Below the pieces are notes generated by a model. The model searched no databases. It saw nothing but the letters and a program-made list of their open reading frames with translations, and was not told the DNA's origin. DNA of 64,000 nucleotides from a virus. Lineage: Duplodnaviria; Caudoviricetes. This document shows, in pieces, positions 16,280-24,274 of this stretch. The translations under genes were made by a program, and so were the position numbers. Every line of letters starts with the position of its first letter. The stretch's first letter is position 1. The DNA is taken from the IMG/VR virus record IMGVR_UViG_2786546892_000017; one strand, written 5' to 3'.

Positions 16280-16474
16280 ACAACCCGGCTCAACATCCCG
16301 TCGATACAGGTGATCTATCAGCGAATCCGCCGCTTCATCCGCGGATTCTTCGGTGGGCGACAGACCCCACCCTACCACCGTGTCCGCCTGCCTACGGCCA
16401 AAAACGGCCCAATAGTACAGGCTCGACGGGTCGCAGTCGTCCATCCGGAAGACACGCTTGGAATACGCAGCCAC
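16256..16474 (-). CDS. small hypothetical protein
   Basis: lies between two class-A promoters. Confidence 0.5.
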   Translation of the reverse strand: MAAYSKRVFRMDDCDPSSLYYWAVFGRRQADTVVGWGLSPTEESADEAADSLIDHLYRRDVEPGCESGNAGR

Positions 16475-16498
16475 AGCACACCCCTTCAGGATGCGACC

Positions 16499-16525
16499 AT
16501 CCTAACACGAAGCGTTGCCTGACTC
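16499..16525 (-). promoter_or_regulatory. class-A promoter
   Basis: GAGTCAGGCAAC-N9-TAGGAT, directly after an upstream TAG. Confidence 0.8.
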
Positions 16526-16740
16526 CTACTTCCCATCCTTCCGCCCCACTCGCCCGGGCTTCGCCACAGGCTCCGGAGCATCCGCAGGGACAGGTGGAAC
16601 GACAGCGGGCTGGGTATAGATCGTCTTGGCATCTTCTGATGCGACGGCCTTGGATTGATTGGCCTTGTCGATCAACGTGGCAAGGTGAGCGAACGCGAAT
16701 AACGCCGGCATCGGGGGCATCGTCGTTTCTCCATCGGGTA

Positions 16741-16784
16741 AAAGAAAAACCGCCGCCCACGGCTGGGGGACCGTAGACGGCGGC
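16741..16784 (-). terminator. probable intrinsic terminator after the capsid operon
   Basis: CCGCCGTCTACGG...CCGTGGGCGGCGG followed by TTTTTCTTT. Confidence 0.6.
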
Positions 16785-16814
16785 CGGGGGATGGATCTCG
16801 ACCAAAAGGCCGCG

Positions 16815-17570
16815 TTAGCTCGCAGAGCCCTTCTCGATCGCGTAATTGATGACGATGGCACCGGTCTCGGCCGTGGACGTCGCCGCGTTGTACACCGTGA
16901 TCTTGAAGCTACCTGCGGCAACCCCGCTGACGTAGGCGACGGAGTTCCCGGAGTTCGACCCGCTGGCGATGCTCAGGTTGACCGTGTCAGCCGCCCCCAT
17001 CGTCGAGTTCGTCACGGTGAATTGCGCGTATGCCGCGGCCGCCAGGCTCGTCGCGTTCGTCGTGATCTGGCCCGTGACGGTGTTCAGCGTCACGCCGGTC
17101 GTCCGACTGGTCGCCTGGGTAACGGTCCCACCAGATCCGGTCGTGTAGCCAACCCCGGCAGTCGGCGAACTGGATAACAGGGCCCCGGACGAGATCAGGC
17201 CGGTTGTAGCGGGGGTACTGACCGGCAAGTCCGAGGTGCCCACGAACGCGCCGGACGCACCTGCCAGAACCACGGACCCCGACCCGAGGGCGGACAGGTT
17301 TACTTGAATCTGGGTGGCCAGCGGTGCCTTGACCAGCCACGACTTCGGGGACGTCGACCCAACCGAAATGTTGCCGGTGACGACGTTCCCGGTCGACTGA
17401 TCGACCACGCCGATCGGCAGATAATTCGTCCCGTCAAGGGATTGGTAAAACGAAAGGGTGGCCCCGGTGAAGGTGCCACTCGCCTGAACGACGGCAGTGG
17501 TATCGGTCGCCTGCTTGGTGAACGTCACCGTGTCGGTGGTCGACAGTGTCTGGGCAGCAAACGCGGACAT
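16815..17570 (-). CDS. virion decoration/structural protein
   Basis: Thr/Ser/Gly-rich; GGTVTQATSRTTGVTLN motif; downstream of the capsid gene. Confidence 0.7.
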   Translation of the reverse strand: MSAFAAQTLSTTDTVTFTKQATDTTAVVQASGTFTGATLSFYQSLDGTNYLPIGVVDQSTGNVVTGNISVGSTSPKSWLVKAPLATQIQVNLSALGSGSVVLAGASGAFVGTSDLPVSTPATTGLISSGALLSSSPTAGVGYTTGSGGTVTQATSRTTGVTLNTVTGQITTNATSLAAAAYAQFTVTNSTMGAADTVNLSIASGSNSGNSVAYVSGVAAGSFKITVYNAATSTAETGAIVINYAIEKGSAS

Positions 17571-17600
17571 GCGGGGGATCTCCTGCGCGGTGGCGTCGGG

Positions 17601-18032
17601 TTAGTTGATGGCCGGCGGCTGGGCCGTCCCGTTCTGGAAGCCGAAGTTCTGGTCGATCTTCTGCTCAGCCAGCATGACGACCGAGATGAGGCAGCTCGTC
17701 CCCACGAGGGTGGCGACGGCTCGGACGTAGTTGTAAGTGCCGGTCGTGTTCTGGAAGGGCACGATCTGCACGGAATTGGCAGCCGTGATCGCCGTTCCGA
17801 CCGCGTTGGTGATGTCCGTCCACCCGGTCGACCCATCCGCGGACTGTTGGACCTTGACGGTGACGCTGGTGAAGGTGTTCACCGCGCCGACGGACACGAG
17901 CATGTTCCCCACGTTGGGACCGACGCTCGCCATGTTAACGGCGGTGCCGTTGGTGTTCCCGCTGATCGACTGCGGGACGATGGTCTGGGCCTGGTACGCA
18001 ACCAGACTTAAGTCGTTAAACTGCGTGGACAC
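17601..18032 (-). CDS. capsid decoration/cement protein
   Basis: VTVKVQQSADG.TGWTDI...YVRAVAT; directly after the MCP gene. Confidence 0.75.
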   Translation of the reverse strand: MSTQFNDLSLVAYQAQTIVPQSISGNTNGTAVNMASVGPNVGNMLVSVGAVNTFTSVTVKVQQSADGSTGWTDITNAVGTAITAANSVQIVPFQNTTGTYNYVRAVATLVGTSCLISVVMLAEQKIDQNFGFQNGTAQPPAIN

Positions 18033-18100
18033 TGAGGTATCTCCGGAAGGCGTGCGGGTATAAGAGGGGGCGGCGCGGTCGCCCCCGGAGGTGTCATTGC

Positions 18101-19564
18101 TTAGATCAGGCCTTGGCTACCGATGACGTTGGTCAGCCAGAGAAAAGCTTCGGGGTACTCGAACCCGACGTCTCCGTACATCGTTCCTTTGACGATGTAC
18201 TGACCGTTCAAAAACGTGAACCCGTCGTGGCCTTGGGTGAACATCAGGGCGCCGTAGGTCGCCATGATGGCGTGGTTCCACATCCCGTAGAAGGCGTCGG
18301 AGAGGTTCGTGCCAGACCCCTTGGTCCGCGCCCCGTTGATGTTCGTGGACTGGACTACCCGCCGACCCCGCCACTGCTGGGGGCCGCCGTCCGAGAACCG
18401 GCGGAGCAGGTCGACCAGCGGCCCGGCGCCGTCCCCGGCGGTCACAGCGTCGGCCCGGACGCCGAAGGCGGAGGCGAGGGCCGTGGGCCGCATGATCCAC
18501 GTACCCTTGGTCGCGTCGAGGTTGAACGACCGCTCCTCGATCAGAACGGGGAGCAAGTCGCCATACTGCGGTAGAAGGGTGTTCCCGTTCGCCCCGATCC
18601 CCTTGCCGCTCGGGTAAGCGGTCTCGACGTTGATTACGGCCGCCGCATATTCGGCCGATGTCAGACCGGCAGGGATACTCGTCCCCCCGGTCCCGTAAAA
18701 CGCGAATGCGTCGGCCTTCAGCCCGAGGGTGATGCCTAAATCGTTTTGGGCGATCGTGTCGATGGTCCCCGAGGTGTAGTTGGTCGCTTCCTCCGAGATG
18801 TACATCGCCCCGCTAATCTTCTTCGCCGTCAAGGTCATCTGGCCGGTCCCGACCGTCGTGGCCGGGGTGGTCACGCCTTCGCCGAGTGCCGAGGCGACGG
18901 TCGGCCGGGTCAGACGGGGGCGCACGTACCGCCCTGACGGGGGAAGAGTCATCGACTGGGCACCCGCAGCAAGGAAGGCCGCTTGCGGGCGGATCAAGGG
19001 AATCACTTCCCCTTGGACCGGCGGGGCCACCAACGACCCGCCGAGATTATCAATGAACGCCGATTGGCCGGTCGCTTGGGTCGCGGACTTCCGGATGATG
19101 CCGCGGCGGGCCAGCCATTCGGCTTCTTCCGGGTCGTAGCTGCCGCCGGTGCGAACGGCCGCGTCCTGTAAGACGGCCTTGGCGAACTTGCCGTCGTCGG
19201 TTTCCGCGACGTGGTCAAACCCGTCCCACCGGAGAGGGAGCCACTTCGCCCCGGCCGGGGCGCCGACCAGCCCTTGCCCGGTGGCGTGGAGGGCCTTGGA
19301 GAAACGGTCGATGGTGTCCATCTCGAACTTGGCGGCGGAAACGTCGTTCCGCGCGAGTCCGTTGATGGCGAAGGACGTCATCGAGAACCGCTTGGAGTCC
19401 GGGTTATTGGTCCCTGAGTGCCCCTTGGTGAACCGGGCGTTACCCGGACCGGCGCCGGGGGCCGGGCGGTCCTCCATCTCGCGGAGTTTCCTCTCGGCGG
19501 ACTCCGCCTTTTCTTCAGCTTTCTTGACGCGGCTGATCAGTTCCGCCGCAGTGTACTCGGCCAT
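18101..19564 (-). CDS. major capsid protein (HK97 fold) with an N-terminal scaffold domain
   Basis: coiled-coil N-terminus; GGSLVAPPVQGEVIPLIR, LTAKKISG...ISEE, AFYGTG...PAGL, WIMRP, YPEAF. Confidence 0.93.
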   Translation of the reverse strand: MAEYTAAELISRVKKAEEKAESAERKLREMEDRPAPGAGPGNARFTKGHSGTNNPDSKRFSMTSFAINGLARNDVSAAKFEMDTIDRFSKALHATGQGLVGAPAGAKWLPLRWDGFDHVAETDDGKFAKAVLQDAAVRTGGSYDPEEAEWLARRGIIRKSATQATGQSAFIDNLGGSLVAPPVQGEVIPLIRPQAAFLAAGAQSMTLPPSGRYVRPRLTRPTVASALGEGVTTPATTVGTGQMTLTAKKISGAMYISEEATNYTSGTIDTIAQNDLGITLGLKADAFAFYGTGGTSIPAGLTSAEYAAAVINVETAYPSGKGIGANGNTLLPQYGDLLPVLIEERSFNLDATKGTWIMRPTALASAFGVRADAVTAGDGAGPLVDLLRRFSDGGPQQWRGRRVVQSTNINGARTKGSGTNLSDAFYGMWNHAIMATYGALMFTQGHDGFTFLNGQYIVKGTMYGDVGFEYPEAFLWLTNVIGSQGLI

Positions 19565-19608
19565 TGTCTAAGACCTCGGAGTGAGAGTGTGCCTGGTGCG
19601 GCGGATGG

Positions 19609-20916
19609 TTATTTGGTGCGGGATTCGATCTTGCGAGTCTTGCGGTCGACCCGCTTGAGACCGGCGTTAAGTTCGCGGAGTTCGGCCGGAGTGAGTTCCA
19701 GACCCTTACTGACGGTCGCGGCCGGCTTGCGAAGGTCCGACACCTTGAACCGGGTCGGAAACCCCTTCCTGAACGCCTTGGACATCACGGCGCCGTCGTC
19801 CGTCATGGGCATCGTGTCGTCGGGCTCTCCGGTGTCGTTGTCCGGGGCTCCGAACCCGCCATCGGGCCACACCTTCTGGGCGTCCACCTTGGCTTCTTTC
19901 GCCAACTCCTCGATCTGGTCTGCGACACCAGAGAGAAGTTCCAACCCTTCCTTGTCTTCCAGGTCCGGGCCGGCGACCGCGTCCTTGATCTGCTTGGCCG
20001 TGTCCATCAGTTGTTGGATCAGAGACATGACGGCCATGCCGGTCTTCTTCAGGCCCGGAGCGGCCTCTGCGTCCGGTTCCGTACTCGTCTCGTCGGGTTC
20101 GCCGGTATCCGCCGTGACATCGTCCGGGGTGTCTTCCGGGTCGGGCGCCGGATCGTTGTAATCGGCCATTGCTTTCCTCACGGGAACAGGGGTTTTGAGG
20201 TCGACCCCCGGAACCATCGCCCGGCGGGTAAATTGATCCAAATAAGGCTGGAGCGACTTCCGAATCAGCGGGCGAAGCGGCTCGCCGTTCAATCGCCCGG
20301 TGCCCGCGATCTGGAACGCCTTCTCGACTAACTCGGGGGCCAACACTTGCGCCCCGGGGTTGATCGGGTGCCGGCAGTGCGCCCATCCGTCGCCTTCCCA
20401 CTCGTGGATCGCGTAGGCCGGGCCGCCCCGAATCAAGGACCGCCCGCGGACTTCACTGTTGAGCGAGTGGGCTTCCAGGCTCACACCAGTCAAAATCCCG
20501 TGCTCAACCAATGCGAACGCCTGCGGGGCCACCTGGAGGCTTTCGTTGGGGTCGTACCGGCCGACCCGCCGGCCCTTCCCGTCGACGATCGCCATGTCCA
20601 CGCCGTTCAGATCGCTCACCCGTTGGGCAAAGTGGGACAGGCCGATCGGGAGTTCCCATTCCTTGCCGTCGATCATTGCCATCCGGGTCGTCGGGACACC
20701 GTGGCCGATCGGAATGCCGTGCTCGTGGTTCACGCACGGCGTGTCAGCCCACCCGCGGCACCCGTCGGGGGCCACCAAGTCGCCCTCAAGGTCGACTGTG
20801 GGGTACGTCAGGACACTTGTGACCGTCATCCGCGACGGGTCGATCGCAGTCAGTTCCGGCAGAGCCTTCGTGAAGCGGTCGAAGGTCGCGCGGATCGCCT
20901 TGCGGGTGGCAACCAT
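19609..20916 (-). CDS. prohead protease with an acidic scaffold-like C-terminus
   Basis: VDLEGDLV, NHEH..PIG, LTGVSL, PINPGA motifs; real start MVATRK. Confidence 0.8.
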   Translation of the reverse strand: MVATRKAIRATFDRFTKALPELTAIDPSRMTVTSVLTYPTVDLEGDLVAPDGCRGWADTPCVNHEHGIPIGHGVPTTRMAMIDGKEWELPIGLSHFAQRVSDLNGVDMAIVDGKGRRVGRYDPNESLQVAPQAFALVEHGILTGVSLEAHSLNSEVRGRSLIRGGPAYAIHEWEGDGWAHCRHPINPGAQVLAPELVEKAFQIAGTGRLNGEPLRPLIRKSLQPYLDQFTRRAMVPGVDLKTPVPVRKAMADYNDPAPDPEDTPDDVTADTGEPDETSTEPDAEAAPGLKKTGMAVMSLIQQLMDTAKQIKDAVAGPDLEDKEGLELLSGVADQIEELAKEAKVDAQKVWPDGGFGAPDNDTGEPDDTMPMTDDGAVMSKAFRKGFPTRFKVSDLRKPAATVSKGLELTPAELRELNAGLKRVDRKTRKIESRTK

Positions 20917-20920
20917 CGAG

Positions 20921-21265
20921 TTACCCTCCCGCCGGCCAAGGCCGCATTGCGTCATTCGTGTACGACGACTGGCACCCCAGGCACCGGCACTGCCCGCCAC
21001 CGCAGTCCATGCACTTGTCGCCACACCCGGGGCACTCGTAGGCCCCGCCCAGAACCAAGTCCGGGGGCACTTCGGTCGTCCCGGGCGGCAGGGCGTGAGC
21101 GTGGTCGGCGATCGTCTGGAGATGCCCCGACTGAGCGATCCCGGCCAAGTGTTCGGTCGCCTCGTCCGGATCGGCACCGGGCGCAAAGAGCACGTCGAAC
21201 ACGTGGGCGAGCACGCGGCCTTCCGCGGGCGTTAGCGACTCGGCAGTGGGGGCGTCGATGGACAT
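20921..21265 (-). CDS. small Cys-rich late protein
   Basis: leaderless ATG after a class-B promoter; CPGCGDKCMDCGGGQCRCLGC. Confidence 0.6.
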   Translation of the reverse strand: MSIDAPTAESLTPAEGRVLAHVFDVLFAPGADPDEATEHLAGIAQSGHLQTIADHAHALPPGTTEVPPDLVLGGAYECPGCGDKCMDCGGGQCRCLGCQSSYTNDAMRPWPAGG

Positions 21266-21272
21266 GCCCCGG

Positions 21273-21296
21273 AAGGTGGGGCGGGGGTGGGAACTA
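21273..21296 (-). promoter_or_regulatory. class-B (late) promoter for the protease-capsid operon
   Basis: TAGTTCCC-N10-CACCTT-N7-ATG. Confidence 0.85.
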
Positions 21297-21395
21297 TAAA
21301 CGGGGTGAGATTGGTACGGGAAATAACGCGCCCGGGTGTCTACCGTAGACACCCGGGCGGTCGGGGAAAAGGTGGGGGATGTGATGGGTGAGGAA

Positions 21396-22286
21396 CTACT
21401 CGGCGGATCTTTCTACGGCCTGCGACCACTCGCGGAACGTCGGGGTGCGGACGAGACGGACACGGCGCCCTTCGATCAGAGTCGCCATTTCGTTGAAGCG
21501 ATCCATTTGCGCAGTCGCACTGCGGAACGCTTCGGCGAGACGGTCGGCGGCATGAGTCGCACGCCTAACGGGGTATTCCCGCCCGTCACCGTACCACATA
21601 GCGGTCGGCCGCGGCTCCATCTCGAACACGATGCCGGGGAAAGCGTCGCGCAAGATCCGCATCAGCACCGTGTCAGTACGACCAGTTCCGCGAACCTCGT
21701 CTCGCCGGGAATTAAGGACCATGTGTGTGAAAATTGGTGGGGCGTGTCCCTCGCCAACGGTGTTTATGCAATAAGTGGTCGTGCCGTCACTGAAGACTTC
21801 GCCGTAATACCAGTCTTCCCACGCCATCCGCACCCGCTCCAGGCCGGGGTTCGCCGCGGCGAACCCGCGGATGTGGGGGAGAAGGAAGGAGGGCAGAACG
21901 CCGGAAGCCTCTGAGACGAAACCGCGTCGGAAGCGAATGTCTTCTTGCACATCTCCAACATGCACCAAATAGCGGCCACAAGCCTGTATCCTCAATGCCT
22001 TTCGAAACAGACGGGCCGGGGCCTTCTTCTCCACCCATTGCATTACCAACTCATCCGACCGCCGAGCCAAGGGGTTTGTGATCCATTCGCCAATCCGGGT
22101 AACAACATCCGCACCCTTCATTTGCTTAATAAAAGGCTCCAATTCTATCTGCACACGGATCGTCTCGGCCTCCGAGTGCCGCCCGTGCTCGTCCAGCCAG
22201 TCGGCATAGACAAGTCGTGGCAGGTCGTCGGCCTTGTTCGCCCGGATCGCGGCGAGGAACCCGGCCTCGTCGGCGGAGATGACCAT
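21396..22286 (-). CDS. TIGR02996-domain protein
   Basis: FLAAIRANKADDLPRLVYADWLDEHG...AETIRVQIEL...FRRGFV. Confidence 0.9.
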   Translation of the reverse strand: MVISADEAGFLAAIRANKADDLPRLVYADWLDEHGRHSEAETIRVQIELEPFIKQMKGADVVTRIGEWITNPLARRSDELVMQWVEKKAPARLFRKALRIQACGRYLVHVGDVQEDIRFRRGFVSEASGVLPSFLLPHIRGFAAANPGLERVRMAWEDWYYGEVFSDGTTTYCINTVGEGHAPPIFTHMVLNSRRDEVRGTGRTDTVLMRILRDAFPGIVFEMEPRPTAMWYGDGREYPVRRATHAADRLAEAFRSATAQMDRFNEMATLIEGRRVRLVRTPTFREWSQAVERSAE

Positions 22287-22462
22287 GTCAAATATCCTCG
22301 CGCCGAGCAACGTAACACCGCTTGCACCACCAGAGAATCGGGTTGTCTTGATCTGGATTTACAGACGTCAGGAACGGGTCCGGCGCACATATGCACGGCC
22401 GTGTTTCGTCACACTGTTCGCAGCGGAGAACAACGGCATCGCTCGCTGTGGTCCATTCTTCG

Positions 22463-22804
22463 TCAGGGGTGGTTGTCACGAGGATGCCTCCCCGTCCAAT
22501 TCTGGCGGCTTCCAACTCGGTTCGCGAAGCGGGTGCACCAGCCCTCTACCTTGTCGTGTTCATCGGTCGTTGACGGGTACACGAATCCGCCATTGGCCAC
22601 ATAAACACACCGGATATCGTCCGGAGGCCCAAACCCGCGGATCTCCACAATTTCTAACTTCGGCTTCGCATTGTTACCCCGGCCGTACAGGTAGCCGTAG
22701 AACCACCACCGCGTGCCGGGCATGCGAGGGAAGGCTTTCCGCCACGGGTTCATTTCGGCCACCGTGGGAAGCGGGCCGAAATCGTGTCCTTTCCAGACGG
22801 TCAC
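22463..22804 (-). CDS. hypothetical protein
   Basis: coupled to the upstream HTH gene (GTGA overlap). Confidence 0.55.
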   Translation of the reverse strand: MTVWKGHDFGPLPTVAEMNPWRKAFPRMPGTRWWFYGYLYGRGNNAKPKLEIVEIRGFGPPDDIRCVYVANGGFVYPSTTDEHDKVEGWCTRFANRVGSRQNWTGRHPRDNHP

Positions 22805-23079
22805 TTCTTCTTACCTCCCTTGGGCGTCTCTCCGCCGAACATGAGCCACTGAAACGGCACCCCATAGCCCTTCGCGATGTCGAACAAGAACTCTATCGTC
22901 GGGATGGCCGTCTTGCCCGTCTCGATCTTGTTCAAGTTGGCAAAAGGCACCCCGCACCGCTCCCCAGCCTCGCGTGCCGATAGCCCCGCATCCGCGCGGA
23001 TGCGGCGTATCCGTTCCCTCACCCCTTCTGCCCACGCGAGCAATTCGGGGTTCATCTCTTCTGGTCGTTTGCGTCCCAT
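22801..23079 (-). CDS. XRE-family HTH regulator
   Basis: IRRIRADAGLSAREAGERCGV...LNKIETG...PTIEFLFDIAKGYGV..QWL. Confidence 0.9.
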   Translation of the reverse strand: MGRKRPEEMNPELLAWAEGVRERIRRIRADAGLSAREAGERCGVPFANLNKIETGKTAIPTIEFLFDIAKGYGVPFQWLMFGGETPKGGKKK

Positions 23080-23085
23080 GAAAAC

Positions 23086-23147
23086 ATACTACCCAATATT
23101 TTTTTCTAGTCAACGATATTGACAACGTTGCCGGTATCGTCTACATT
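23086..23147. promoter_or_regulatory. divergent sigma70-type promoters
   Basis: plus TTGACA-N17-TACATT (23119-23147); minus TTGACT-N16-TAGTAT, ending just before the HTH ATG; the two -35 boxes form GTCAA-N5-TTGAC. Confidence 0.75.
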
Positions 23148-23341
23148 ACTCTTGTCGACATGACCCCCCCCCCACAAAGGACTCTGAGCCATGCCCGCCC
23201 TCCTGCGCTCCGCCGCCTGGACCGTCGCTTACCTCCTGCTCACCTGCGCGTTCGGGGCGATCGTCGCCGGGACGGTTGGGGCAGTGCTGATGCCGGTGGT
23301 GATTGTGATTCTGGCGTTCTGTAACAACCGCTAACCGGGAG

Positions 23342-23773
23342 ATGACCATGTGCCGAGTCGCCAAACTCAAAGTCGCACCGACCGCCCGTATCGTCGGACC
23401 CATCCTTCCCCTGTGGGACATCCTCAGCGACGGCACCATGATTAGCTTCTGCCCCTCCCGCCGCGTGATGGAACTTCAGGGCCAGCGAGACCGGGCCATC
23501 ACCTTGTACGCCCTGACGGAATGCACGGCCGTTGGCGGGAAGGGGATCACGTTGACGAAGGCGGTGGGTCGCGGGACGGATGCTGAGGCGGACGGCTACA
23601 CTGTGTTCGTCAGTGACTGTGGGCGGCGGGATAGTTGCGAGTGTCGTGGGTGGTTGCGACACGGGGGGTCTTGTCGGCATATTCTGGCGTGCCGGAAATT
23701 GGTGGGGGCGGGGTGGTTGGCGATGGGGAACCCGATGACGGAGATGCCGGAGACGGTGGGGTGCCCGTTCTGA
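23342..23773 (+). CDS. SWIM zinc-finger protein
   Basis: YTV...CECRGW.....CRHILA. Confidence 0.8.
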   Translation: MTMCRVAKLKVAPTARIVGPILPLWDILSDGTMISFCPSRRVMELQGQRDRAITLYALTECTAVGGKGITLTKAVGRGTDAEADGYTVFVSDCGRRDSCECRGWLRHGGSCRHILACRKLVGAGWLAMGNPMTEMPETVGCPF

Positions 23774-23795
23774 GGCAACTTCTGGGAGATAGGCA

Positions 23796-24062
23796 GTGGC
23801 TGACGAATTTATCGCCTTGGATTACTGCGGGTGGAACCAGACCTATGGCCGGTTCACACACATACCGTCCGGGGACACGTTGTTGTGTCTGCCCGGCATG
23901 GGGCAACGGGAATGGGACGAAGCCCAATGGCTGTTCCTCCAACAGTATCCGGGGCTGAATGTTCACATGTGCCCGGGGGCTTACACGACCGATGCGAAGT
24001 TACTCGGCTCGGCGGACGAGATTTGCGAACGGTTGGTTAAACGGCTCCCGGCCCCAATGTGA
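23796..24062 (+). CDS. hypothetical protein
   Basis: operon continuation. Confidence 0.55.
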   Translation: MADEFIALDYCGWNQTYGRFTHIPSGDTLLCLPGMGQREWDEAQWLFLQQYPGLNVHMCPGAYTTDAKLLGSADEICERLVKRLPAPM

Positions 24063-24274
24063 AACAAGAGAAAAAGCCTATGACCACCGAAGTCAACGTG
24101 ACCCTGACCGAACAGTTCTACCACGCCATCGAGGACCGCCGCCGGGACTGCTGGCAGCGGTATAACAGGGCACGGCTCAGCGATGCCATCATTGCCCGCT
24201 ACTGGCAGGATCGCCACGAGCGGTGTCAGGTGGCGTTGGAGTATTTGCAGGGGCGGTTTGAGCGGTCTCATTAG
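24059..24274 (+). CDS. hypothetical protein
   Basis: operon continuation; converges on the 24271 gene. Confidence 0.5.
   Translation: MKQEKKPMTTEVNVTLTEQFYHAIEDRRRDCWQRYNRARLSDAIIARYWQDRHERCQVALEYLQGRFERSH

Noticed and set aside
21369-21398. TAGTTCCT class-B-like box at the stop of the TIGR02996 gene
   Set aside because: No CACnnT at the 10-nt spacing.
23771-23795. TGAGGCAAC as a class-A box (also partial matches at 598, 24808 and 38051)
   Set aside because: Mismatched box and no TAnnnT at the 9-nt spacing; several lie inside coding sequence.
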